A DNA stretch of 64,000 nt from Octopus sinensis (GCF_006345805.1 NC_043005.1:6076001-6140000); one strand, 5' to 3'. Positions 50,396 through 63,712 are shown, counted from the stretch's first letter. The notes: generated by a model not told the origin, from the sequence alone. Numbers and translations are program-made.

Positions 50396-50453
<58 letters not shown>

Positions 50454-50501
50454 TATACATACTATATATATACTATATATATATACTATATATATATATG
50501 T

Positions 50502-50548
<47 letters not shown>

Positions 50549-50620
50549 TGCACACATATTATATAATTATATATATATAATATTTATATATAAATGTATA
50601 TATATTTATATATATATGTA
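49355..50620. repeat. Very long interrupted (TA)n region
   Basis: More than 800 bp of nearly pure A/T (49355-50170), with a further tract at 50340-50620. Confidence 0.95.
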
Positions 50621-50759
50621 GAACATTTTTTTATATCATTATCATTCATATAAACACACATATATGTATATATTTACAAACACAGTAATAAATATATAAT
50701 ACATATATATATCTGTGCATAATACAGATGTTAATCCCCATAGATTCCGATTGGTTTTC

Positions 50760-50825
50760 TCATTGACGTGTGTCTCCATTCAGTTCTTGCATGTCTTCTG
50801 GTTTCACTCTCTTAAAGAATCCACA
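50760..50825 (-). CDS. Integrin alpha terminal coding exon: CGFFKRVKPEDMQELNGDTRQ*
   Basis: tctcctttcag| acceptor; GFFKR motif; TGA at 50762-50760. Confidence 0.95.
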   Translation of the reverse strand, partial: CGFFKRVKPEDMQELNGDTRQ

Positions 50826-52278
50826 CTGAAAGGAGAGAAAAAACAGGTTCTTAGTATTTTAAAGACAAAATTTTATAAACAAGAAAGTAAATTAAAGACA
50901 ATTATTCAAGTTTTTCTCCTCTTTTCTCCAGAATTTCCAGTTTTTGTTAGAAAACACTTCAACAAAGACACACTTGTGTGAGTGTGTGCACTTTGAGTGT
51001 GAGTGTGAGTGAAGCGTTCTAGATTGGATGAATGGTTAGAAGTTTGTTTCCCAAATGATGATGTCCCACTCCCCTTATCTGCTACTGCTTCTCTTTCTTC
51101 TTCTACTTCTCATTCTCTTCCTTTCCCCCTTTATTATCCACTTTCTCATATTATCATCACCTTGGATGTTGTCCACTATCTCCCATATTTCACTCTCAAT
51201 TTTTACCCATTGTTTCCTTCCTCCCTAAGCAATATACAGGGTTTGGTCATCACGTAACATAAGAGTGTACCTTTACATGTAAGTCAAATGAAGTAACACT
51301 TCCCAAATATTGTGCAATATTTTAGAGGCATTTTTATGCAATGATCCTCAGACAATTGTAATTAGGATTGAAGATGTGCTAAACTCACTCATTGCCATTT
51401 TATTTGGATTATGTGTTTACTGGTTTACTTGCAAAAGATAATGAGGTGGAGGAAGAGTGAGATAGGGAGATATTATATACATATATAATATTAAGGAGTA
51501 TAACTCCAAACTTACAGGGAAAAATTCAATTTAGTATTAAATCAAATTTCACAATATAAATATATAATATATATAAATTAGAGAAAAACCACTATTATGC
51601 AATTCAAACAATGATAGACATATTGCAAATCGATGATGATGATATATATGATGTGGTGGGGAAGAGAGGAAAGATAATTATATATATAATTATGCAATAT
51701 GTGTGTACATCAGTATGCATGTAAGTTTGAGTGTGTGTGTGTGGGGGGGGAGTGAGTTAGTGTTATAGTGAATCTATGCAAGTGAATAAATGATCTAACA
51801 AATACTTGGTAATTAATGCAATAGGTAATATGACACAGCTGTATAATTAATATTATATGTATGTGTGTGTAATATTTTGGACTAATGAGTGTACGTCAGT
51901 TAGTGTGCTGATGTGTCGAGTAAAGCACTGGCACATTTGGGGCTCCCTGATGTCATCCACAGTTTGGGGTATATTTCCTTTGGATCGGCTTCAGGAATTC
52001 CACAGAGTTAGTTGAGACAATAATCAATCAAGAAAACGCAAGATGGAATTGGTATAACTATTTTGTACAACAATCATTTCGACCCATCCTGCGACTGTCC
52101 CTTATGGGTGGGATGCTGTGCATCATACTATGTTGCATCCATGTTGCAGCCTGGGTCCACATCAGACAAATAAAGTGGTGTCTTGATTTGGACAGTCATG
52201 TTGTTATTTGACCACTTCACTCAAGGATTATTGTACAAAATGAAAAAGTTATATCAATTCCATCTGTTTACTTAATCA

Positions 52279-52344
<66 letters not shown>

Positions 52345-53146
52345 TATCAGTTTGACAGATGTCTGTTATGTTCCATCAATCATATATAATAATGGTTGAC
52401 AGAAATTCTTAACTTTCAGTATGTCACAGTATTGCACGATGACAGTGTCTTTGAGCCAATTCTGAAACACGCAATATCACAATAAATGTATTAACCTTGC
52501 TTACATTCATTTTGAAGTAAATGAAGAAGTCCCTTAGGCAAGAGAGAAAAGTCTAACCCCTTCTATATTTACTTTTGTTCTGTAATTGAATCGTTATACA
52601 ACCTGTCTTTTGATTTAAAAAATTTTCAATGGGATGTTCAAGAGTTAATTAGCTGGTCATCAATAAAGTTAATTGGTACTTACCCACCACAATAAGACAA
52701 TCAATAAAAATAGAAGCAATATTCCGGCAGCAACTGCAATAGCAATCACCCAAATTGGTATTGAGCGGCTTTTTGGAACTAACTTTTCTGGATTTACAAG
52801 GGTGTACAGCTACAAGAAATACAAAGATTTATGAATATATATTGGAAGAACAAAAATATAAAAAGGTACAAATAATAACATTTGCTTTAATTTTTTAATA
52901 TTTATTGGTTTGTTTGGTTTTACATCCATTTTTCTATGCTAACTTGGGTTAGACATTTATGTTATTGAAGAATTTGTTTTGCAGACAGATGCTCTTCCTG
53001 ATGCTAACCCCATGTAAGGGACCTTTTATTCCACACTGCTTCGGAATTATGAAGTGAGTTGATGATTTATTAACAGAAGAACTAACAACAACTTAGAAAT
53101 TATCATAACCTTGGGTGACAGTTGTCAATACACACACGCACACACA

Positions 53147-53182
<36 letters not shown>

Positions 53183-54419
53183 GACAAATTTAAAAAAGAA
53201 ACAAACCTCTTTTGTTGCTGAAGGAAAATCATAAGGATCCCATTTCAGGTCATAAGGAATACTTGTTACAACTAGTTTAGCTTTGGACAGAATTTGATGT
53301 TTATCTAAATATTCCATCTGTAATGAAACGAAGCACATGTTATTATTATTATTAGTAGTAGTAGTAGTAAGGTGACAAGCTGGTAGAATTGTTAGTGTGC
53401 TGGGCAAAAGGCTTAGTGGTATTTCGCCCATTGCTATGTTCTGAGTTCAAATTCTGTTGAGGTCGACTTTGCCTTTTATTCTTTTCAGGGTCACTAAAAT
53501 AAGTACCCATGAAACACTGGGGTCGACTCATCCCCTACCCCAAAATTGCTGCCCTTGTGGAAAAATTTGAAACCATTATTATTATTATTATTATTGTTAT
53601 TATCATTATTATTATTATCATTATTATTATCATTATTATCATTATTATTATTATTATTATTATTATAATTATCATTATTATTATTATCATTATTATTATT
53701 ATTATTATTATCATTATTGTTATTATCATTATTATTGTTATCATTATTATTATCATTATTATTATTATCATTATTATTATCATTATTGTTATCATTATTG
53801 TTATTATCATTATTATCATTATTATTATCATTATTATTATTATCCTTATTATTATCATTATCATTATTGTTATTACAAGTGAGGGCACATGGCCTGGTGG
53901 TTAGGGTGTTGCCCTCACAATCTAGCGATCATAAGTTCACTTCCAAGACTTGGTGGTGCATTGTGTTCTTGAGCAAAACACTCCATCTCACGTTAATCTA
54001 TAATCACTTTGACCCCTGACACGTGGTACTTAGTGACCCTGGTCAGGCAATGTTGAGTTGATGCAGAGAGTGAGCCAATAATGCACAGCAGGAACATTGG
54101 ATTGCTAGAAATAAATCATTCGTGCAGGACGTTCGGCAAAAAGCTGAATGCCTTTATGTTGCCTTCAATGAAAGAGTCCAACATTATTATTATTATTATT
54201 ATTATTATTAGAGTCAAAATTAAAAGAAGAGTGCCATTGTCATCTAGTGAACAATATTTTGACATCTTGTGTGTCTTCAACTGGTTCAAAAAATAATTTT
54301 GTCAATCTACTTCATTTTGGTTAATATAGAAAGGATTGAGGTAACTCCCCCTGAAGATATAGAGTCAAAAATTTTGACTCTATAACTTCAGGAGGAGTTA
54401 CCTCAATCCTTTTTTTAAA

Positions 54420-54451
<32 letters not shown>

Positions 54452-57400
54452 GTTATTATTATTATTAATATTATTATTATTATTACATGCTACATTTTTT
54501 GGCAGGAATGTCTTGAGTTTTGATGACAACAAGTCTCCTCAAATTTCAAGAACATTTCTATGGATTCTGAGTAAAATATGGCACAGATGTGCCATTTTGT
54601 ATTTTTTTACTTATCCATACACATATTTAGCTTTCCTTCTTTTTCTCTTTTTGGTCTTCTCTGTTTCAATCTAGTTTTCTGATTAACATAACATGTTTGA
54701 TAATTTGGGTAAACACTATTTTTAATTTGGTTTCAATTAATCATGCATCACAATAATGTAATTATACATTTGGTGGTGTTCATATTGTTGAGATGCAGTG
54801 GCCCAGTGGTTAGGGTAGCGGACTCGTGGTTGTAGGATCGCGGTTTCAATTCCCAGACAGGGCATTGTGAGTGTTTATTGAGTGGAAACACCTAAAGCTC
54901 TACGTGGCTCCGGCAGGGGGTGGCGGTGATCCCTGCTGTGCTCTTTCACCACACCTTTCTCTCACTCTTCCTGTTTCTGTTGTACCTGTATTTCAAAGGG
55001 CCAGCCTTGTCACATTCTGTGTCACATTGAATCTCCCCGAGAACTACGTTAAGGGTACACGTGTAGGTGGAGTGCTCATCCACTTGCACATTAATAAATG
55101 AGCTGCGACCGTCACTGGTGCCAAGCTGTATCGGCCCCTTTGCCTTTCCCTTGGACAACATCGGTGGAGTGGAGAGGGGAGGCGGGTATGCATGGGCGAC
55201 TGCTGGTCTTCCACAAACAACTTTGCCTGGACTTGCGCCTTGGAGGGTAACTTTCTAGGTGCAATCCCATGGTCATTAATGACCGAAGGGGGTCACACAA
55301 TCATAAGGTGTTCATATTAGTGAATTAGCTGTTGAGCAGAACGTATGAACTATATGTGAAATTTATACTTTTTGAGACATATTTGTGCAGAATGTGTGAC
55401 TAATAAATTAAACAAGATATAATATTTAGCAGAGATGTTAGACAAGAAAACTAAGCAGTTCTCTTACCTTTAATAGTGTACTTGTCCATAGTTTTGATCT
55501 TACTTGAACTAATATGTTATCACCCTTTTTTAAATATCCTAAAGTACAAGTAATGTTACTGCACCATTTTCCAGTACAGTTCTGAAAAAGAAAAGAAAGG
55601 TACCATTTAAAAGACAAAAAAAAAATCTATATAAATAACTCTGGGAGGGTCATACTGTCAATAAGCTTATACATACTGGTTGTATTTTACTTCAGTTTTA
55701 GTTGTATTAATCTACCATAAACTAGTTAAGAACTGAAGTGAAGTACAACCAGTGTAGGTGGTTGTTGACTTTATGACTGTCCCAAAGTATAACAATAGCA
55801 ATTTCAACAAAGTGTTGTAATAAAATTCTTGCACAACAAATTCAAAGAAGAAATATTTAAATGACATTTATTTAATTATTAAATTGTTATGCAACTGTTT
55901 AATTGTGAGATATAATAATGGTTTCTAATTCAGACACAAGGCTGTCTACTTTATTTTATCAACCCTGAAAAGATGAAAGCACTCAATACACTCTGTAAAG
56001 TTGTTGGCGGCATTAGGAAGAGCATCCAGCAATAGAAACTTTGGAACAGGATGCAGTCCCTAAACCTGTTGGATCCTCTCAAACCATCTAACCCCTGCTA
56101 GCATGGAATACAGAATACTAAATGATGAAGATGATGATGAAGTGAGATGGTGGAATAAAAATTTAATTTGAGTTGTGTTTCTATAATTTCACAACATCAG
56201 TGGGTACTGGATGGAGTTTTGAAATCATCAGCACTTGTGAGACCACCATGCAACCTGAGGAAGGTAGCTTTATGCTGGGGAGACGAGAATTTAAAGTATG
56301 AAAGAGGGAGCCGGAGCAGAAAGGGTTTATTGTTGCAGAGGATATAAAGGGCCATTCACAGATCAGAAGAAAGAGTGAGAGTGATTTGGGGTGGGGAGTT
56401 GGAAAGAGGTAAAAAGGAAAAAAGAAGCGAAGATATTTGTGGGTGAATGCTTAAAGGATGAGATAAATGGAAGCAGGGAGAGAAGAAGGGGGAATGTGAG
56501 TGGGTGGGGTTTATGAGAATGTGTAGAGGAGTGAGAGATGGGAAAGGGTGACGAGGTGGATGTAATGAATGAAGAACAAGTGTTGAGTGGAGGAGGGGGG
56601 TTAGGGGGGAGTAGGTGACAACTGTAGAGATTGGATAAGGTCAGGAAATGGGGGATAAGGTGTGGGGTGGGTGGATAACCAATGCATTCAGCATATTTGT
56701 ATGTAGCAATGCCCCTAACCCATGCTAGCATGGAAAAATGGATGTACAATGAATATTCATATATATTTTTATGCGAGATAAATGCTTAAATATTTCCTTG
56801 AGCAATGTTGGGTGGTGAAGAGTTAGACAAAATATATCAAGTGATATGAGTAATGGAAATAAAGGGAAAAGATATTCTATTACCTAACATCGGTTGTTTT
56901 ATGAACCTATAATGTTCCACAAAACACTATAATGGTCTCAGAACTGTATCTTTTCTTTCTTCTATTTGAAAAGATGAATTTTTCCCGAAATAGTATAGGA
57001 CCATTATAAAACAATATCGTTCCCTCTTTGTCTTCATTCATTGACATTATCTTGGATATTTTGTTTTAATTCCTCACATTCACTGCTCAAAGAATTTTCA
57101 TTTTTTTTCTCAAATATTTCATTTACGCATATTATTACAATGCTTCAAAAAAATTACAACACTCTACTCTTTGGACAAACACCCACAAACATGCACATAC
57201 CAATGTGTATAGGAATTTTTCCTCTGTCTCTCTTCTCTTTCTGGTATTGGACAGCTGGAATTTTTTCTGCAAAAGAAAACATTGAAATTAAATCATACAA
57301 GCAAAACCGAAAGACAAAAGAATCCAGTTTTCCCATATTTTCGTTTTAATTCTTGATTAGAAACTCATCCTAAAACTATAATTTTCCAGACAATTAGCCT

Positions 57401-58919
57401 CAGTTTTGGAGATGAAGTTTTCTGTTCAGTATTACACTTCCATCAATCTGATCTGAGGTCATCATCAAGGGTCTTATTACTGACCCCCAAGTAGGTGACA
57501 CCACTATTAAAGGTCAAATCAAGTTCAACCTCAAAGCATTCAGATTACTGTGCCAAATGTATTACTTATTTATTTGGGTTGTTTTGGATTAATCATGGAT
57601 TATCTCACAGCTTCAAGATTTCAATGATGTCATTGTTTATTTTTAGAATGACATTGTAGGTTAGGTGTGAGAAGCTGGATCTGGCCAGTTTGAACACAAA
57701 ACAGATAGAATATTTAGGCCTCTGATACAGCCAGTTTAACTGCTAAAGGGTTATATCAGGAATAAAACACCCAATGATGATTAGCAGTCAAACTAGTCAA
57801 AGTACAGTGTAGATCTAAGATGAAGCAAAATGGAAGGGAAGTCACTGAGAAGGTTGCAAATGGTGATGAAAGAATTTTGATGTAAAAAAAAAAGAAAAAG
57901 GATTGACTGTATAACCAACTAATTAAAAAAAAATCAATTAGTTGGTTGGATAGATATTTAGCTAATTGACAAATAATAAAGGAGTGGAATTGGTCCATGT
58001 CTTATTAATATTACCATAATGACTCTCCCAATAAACAGCAAAACTTTTCTTTAAATATTTCATCTCTAAAAAGGTGATTAATAACCTCAAAATTTTACAA
58101 AAAACTCAAATAAGATATTTAAAATTGTTGAATTTCAAAGCTCCATTATTGTAGTGCTTTAGTACTTTGCAGGGCTGGATTAAGACCCATAGAGGCCTTA
58201 AGCACTTAAAGGATCTTGGTGACCCCATATACATGTGATTCAAAATACAAACCACAATAAACCATAAAATAAATTTTTATTCTTCAAAATGAAACAAAAC
58301 AATAAGAGAGAAAATAAAGTTTATTTTTGTATCTTTCCACTTTAATTATATTTGAAAATTATTCTCCTACCTTTTTTTTAATTGCAAAGTCTTTGATCAG
58401 ATCCTCAAAATTAATCTCAAAATTAACATATCTGCTTCCATACTTAATAGAGAAAAAGTATCCCAAATATAAATTTAGCAATTTAAAGTGACTTTTTTTT
58501 CTTGTGCTGTAAATCATTTACTATGGTGTCCCCTTTCCTTTGATGCCCTAAGTGTGTGCTTGTTTTGCTCAATGGTTAATTCAGCACTGGTGCTTTGTAT
58601 CCCGAAAGATGTTGTGGGAGGGATGCACCTGAAACCCTTAGAAAGACTACCGATTTTATGAAGAACTAATGAAGAAATACCAGGTGGCAGTTGTTACCTG
58701 CGTGATGCGTGGGGTAGTTTCCACTTCACAGGACCCTTCTCCAGAAATGACAGTAGGGATTCCAACGAGTTCAAGCAAAGGGTTTCCCTTCACGTCATAG
58801 CTTGGCCATTGAATTGTTAATATGCTCTTGGAGACATCACTATCTCCTTTGTTTCTCATCTGAAAAACAAATACATACATATATATATACATTTGTAGAA
58901 ACCTACCCCAAAATCATAT

Positions 58920-58957
<38 letters not shown>

Positions 58958-60057
58958 TACATACATACACATAATCCTTGTACACACACACATATATAAA
59001 TATGATATAAAAAGACATGGGTGTGTGGTTAAGTTTCTTTCTTAACCATGTGGTTTTGAGTTTAGTCCCACTGCATGGCCCCTTGGGCAAGTGTCTTCTG
59101 TTTCAGCACTGGGCCAACCAAAACCATGTGAGTGGCTTTGGTGTGTATATGCATGTGTATATGGACACATGTATAAATAAAGCCACATGAAGCAACGTTG
59201 AGTAGAATATATTCTCTAATATGAAAAGACTTTCTGCATAGAAACAGTCCTAGGAGAAAATTGTGTTCCAAGACATGTTAAAACGCACACTGGTCTGTGA
59301 ATGATGCCATTTGATTGCAAGAAGCAGGCATAATGCAGAAGGGCCTCAGGCCTAGGATCTAACGGTGTCATGTGCTTTCACATATTGTCAAGGAGCAGAA
59401 TTTTCCTTCTTGACTATTTCCACAACAGAAGGTTTTCTCACTTCCAAATAAACTCAATTGTGTTTATATATCTATGTAGTCTTGTCTGTGTAGAGGACAT
59501 TCGCATGTCAAACCCGGTGTTGTACGATGAGCTGGAGCAAGGAAAGCCTCTCCAGGGCAAGCTACAAACATATTTCAAAGACCTATTTCAAAGACATTTA
59601 AAAACAGTTAATATCAATGCTAACACCTGGGAAGATCTTGCAACAGAGAGGAGGCTGTGGGAGAAAACATCAAGGGAAAAGAAGACAAAGGAAGCAGAAA
59701 TGAATTGGAGTAAATATGTATAATAAAAGAATAGGGAACCATAGGCATGAATGAAAGGTATATGTATGAATATGTAAAGCTGTCAATGAAACATGTGGTG
59801 AGCCCTGGTGGCCAGTTATTGTAAGGGAGGTAATCATTTTTATATAAAAAAAATCTTGGCAGGATTAGAATTTTGAATTTTAATACAGTTCTATATTTAA
59901 GAGATGAGGAATTATTTACATTATTTACATTCGATGGATATTTGTCCTCATCTTGTTTGTTGTTAACACAACCCTAATATACCCTCCAGCCTTCATCTGG
60001 TGTCTTGGGGAAATTTCGAACCTGGGTTCTCATTTTTAAGGTATTTTGGTGTTGTTG

Positions 60058-60105
<48 letters not shown>

Positions 60106-60350
60106 TCACTGCTTGGAATCGAACTCGGAATCTTGGGGTTAGTAGCATGTGCTCTTAACCACTACAATAAAAGAATAGGGGACCATAGGCATGTATGAAA
60201 GGTGTATGTCAATCAAACATATGGTGTGCCCTGGTGGCCAGTTATTGTAAGGGAGGTAACCACTACGCCATATACCTGTGGGCATATCGTGTAGTGGTTA
60301 AGAGCGTGGGCTACTAACTCCAAGATTCCGAGTTCGATTCTTGGCAGTGT

Positions 60351-60401
<51 letters not shown>

Positions 60402-63400
60402 CAACAACATCGAAAAATACCTTAGGAATGAGAACTTAGGTTTGAAATTTGCCCAAGACACCTGATGAAGGCTGGAGGGTAGATCAACCAAAATGTTGTG
60501 TTAACAACAAACAAGATAAGGACAAATGTAAATAATGTAAATAACGTTTGAATTTTAAATCAAAGAATAAAGAAGATGCCTTGAATGTATGTATTTCATA
60601 TTTGATCCTTAGTCATCAGAAAAATCTTGAGATTTTTAGTCATGGATAAAGGTGAGTGAAATAAAAATAGATGAAGTTACAGAAAATTAGCAAACTTTAA
60701 AAAAACATAAAGGAAAGAAAGAACAATCCCTTGTATTATAGGCAGAAGGCCTGAAGATTTTTTGGGTGAGGAATTCGTTGATTACATCGACCCCAGTACT
60801 TGACTGGTACTTATTTTATTGAAGGATGAAAGGATGAAAGGCAAAGTCAATCACAGTGGAATTTATAACAAGGGGAAAATATTTCAAGATGGAAAATAGA
60901 GGCAGGGGAGATAACTCAGAGACGGCAAAGATAAATATGAAATAAGGGAATTTTTCAATAAAGGAAGCGAAAGGAATTCCAGTGTCACATTGAAGATTGA
61001 AAGCTTAATTCCTGGACCCAGGGCTGTGCTCTGTGTTCTTGAACAAAACACTTTATTTCACATAACTCTTTAATTACTGTGGCATTTGATGTGTGGCACA
61101 CTGTGTGCTTGTACAAGTCACGTCAATTTGATGGAAGAAGTGAACTGTAATATGCAACACAAACATTTGATCATTTGAAATATATCATCTGTGCAGCAGA
61201 GGTTGTTCAGCAGAAAATTGCAGAACCATCTTTGGTTCTGAGAGACAGAGAGACATACATATATATATATGGTGGTTGTCTACTCCTTATGCAGAGTCTG
61301 ACCACCTCCTGTACCGACACCTGAGACCCATCATTGCATCTGATGTGGCCTTTTTAAACCAGACAATGTTTTGAAAAGACAGCACATAGACTGCATATCT
61401 CATCTGGATAACTAAGAGCTGCAGTTAAGTTCTGATCTTTGTGGATCTTAAAATGTCTTTTGAGGCCTCTCTTAGATTTGCAGACCTTGTTGGCATACAT
61501 TGCATTGAAAGGCAGAATAGTTGATATATATATATATATATATATAAAGACAAATCCAAGTCAGAACAGGGAAAAACAACAAAATGTGTGTGTGTGTGTG
61601 TGTGTGTACATGCACATATAGATAATGCCAGAAAGATGGAATCTTTGAGTGATCCCTATAACATATTACAACTGAAAACCAATTCTTCAAACAGAAATAA
61701 TACATAAGAACTGAAAGACTGGTGCCCACCTCATAGAGATGCTCCACAGACGGACCATGTTTTGCTATTGTCTTGTTGTACATGTAACTCTCTCGAATCT
61801 CATCTCCTTGACTGGAATTGTAAATTACCTGATCCGGAGTGGATTTACTGAAATAGGAAAGAGAAATTTATTATTATATAAAATCCTTAGCCAAAAGTCT
61901 TTAATGTTTATAATTCTTTAACCAAATATATATAAAAAAAATGGTTATGCCCTGTTAAAGGCGATGAGATATCTTAACAGATAAGTTTCATGAATTGGGT
62001 GTGATTAGAAGAACAATTATTCAAAATCAGGTAACGAATTAAGGTAGATTTTCTAATGAGCTAACAGTTGTACCAGCTCACCATGCTAATAACATAGAAA
62101 ATAATATTGAAAATATGGAACCATGATGTTGTTACTTACCCAAGAATGATGATATCTGCTGCAGCCTTAACTGGAATGCTGACATTATGGAAATTATTGT
62201 GAATATCTTGCTTTTCTTCTTTGTTGGAACTGTGGAAGAGAAATTCATAGAAATTAATAGAGAAAGCAAAAATGAAATTGGTAAAAAGAGAAATCCCAAC
62301 AAAATAAACCCCTACAGCCGAAACTAAGAGGAGAGGCAGACATGTTGAAGGGTCATTCAGCTTCAACTCTGTCCAGAACTTGTGTGTGAATATGAGTGTG
62401 TGCAAATGTGTGTGTGTGTGTGGGGGGGGGGGAATGTATGCGTGTATGTGAATGTGTGTGGGTGAATGTGTGTATTTTCCTTTCTATCGTTCAACCACCA
62501 TCACCATCTCATAAGTATGTGTTCCTCTCACCTTACTTTATCCTCCCTCACCACCACCACCCTGCTCCTAGAAGTATTGCACCCTTTCTCTTCTGTTCCT
62601 GTTCAGCTATAAGGTCCACTTTAAGCCCCTAGTCATGCAATTTGCAAGTTAATATCACTAGTACGAGTACCATGTAAAAAGAAAGTCACCCAGTCCTGCT
62701 TCCTGTAAAGCTGTAGAAACCAATCCAAAACAGATATCAGCACACGACGTAGTCTTTTGACATGTTGGACCCCATCAAACTATCCAACTCGTGTAAACAC
62801 GGAAGATAGGACATTAAAAGATGATGGTGAATCATGTGGGAGAGCAGAGCCCATGGCATTTTGTAGGGGTCTCTGAGAGTAACAGGAGGGAGTGATGGAA
62901 GGAGGAGGATATTTTCAAACCAGAGACTTGACCCAAACACTTACAACAGAGTGCTCAAACTAAAGGTACCAGATTTGTACACTGAATGGAAAGAGGTGGA
63001 ACAAATACCACAAGGTACCCTGGTCTGATAGTCTTTCAGTACCACCAATTCTAAGGTGCATGCCTTAGCTGTTAAGGTGTTGGATTCATGAACCTAAGAT
63101 TGAGTTTTTGATTCCTAGACTGGGTAATGTGTTGTGTTCTTGAGCAAGACACTCCATTTCATGTCATTCCAGTCTTCTCAGCTGGCAAAAATAAAAAAAA
63201 TAAATAAAACTGATCTGCAACAGATCAGTTTTCTGTCCAGGAGAGAATGTATGAGCCTTGGAAACTGACCCCTGTGAACCTATAGGACCCAAGAAGGATC
63301 TCTACCACCAATTCACTGCCTTAGATTGGTATTTCTTATTGGCCCTAAAACAATGAAAAATAAAGTTGACTCCTGTGGGATTTGCAGTAAGTTGGGATAA

Positions 63401-63656
63401 ATACCACAAGGTATTTTATCTGATGCACTAACAAATCTGCCATGCTGTCACCTAAAATTGGTGTATGTATGTGTGTGTGTGTGTGTGTGTGTGCACATCT
63501 TTGTGTTTGCCTATGACTCACACCACTTGAGAACTGGTTTTGACTTAGCAGTTGGGCAAAAGAAATCACTAGATTAAGTATATGACTTAAAGTAAGTGGA
63601 AGGTAGGTCAGAGGGAGAAAGATGAGGAGTGATGAGGAGGCAGCAAAGAAGCTGTT

Positions 63657-63712
<56 letters not shown>

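Noticed and set aside
39851-50580. Many Y/I/C/V-rich ORFs, including those crossing the N gap
   Set aside because: They are translations of TA/TG/CA microsatellites or of Ns.
53509-54019. Poly-Ile/Leu transmembrane-like ORFs
   Set aside because: They come from an (ATT/ATC)n microsatellite flanked by SINEs.
56300-56700. Purine/G-rich tract as a regulatory G-quadruplex island
   Set aside because: Low-complexity GA-rich intronic sequence with no supporting structure or context.
56949-56963. RRKKR reading as the integrin furin exon
   Set aside because: No convincing acceptor or donor, and nearby stops. The 57201..57266 exon has strong sites and the right phase.
57154-57336. ORF-track translation IPAVQYQKEKRDRGK as the exon product
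   Set aside because: This frame needs phase-1 junctions, and both neighbouring exons are phase 0.
58015-58065. Additional integrin exon (tttttag...G|gtaata)
   Set aside because: In the required phase 0 it reads AGA TGA (stop), and it lies between exons that already join in frame.
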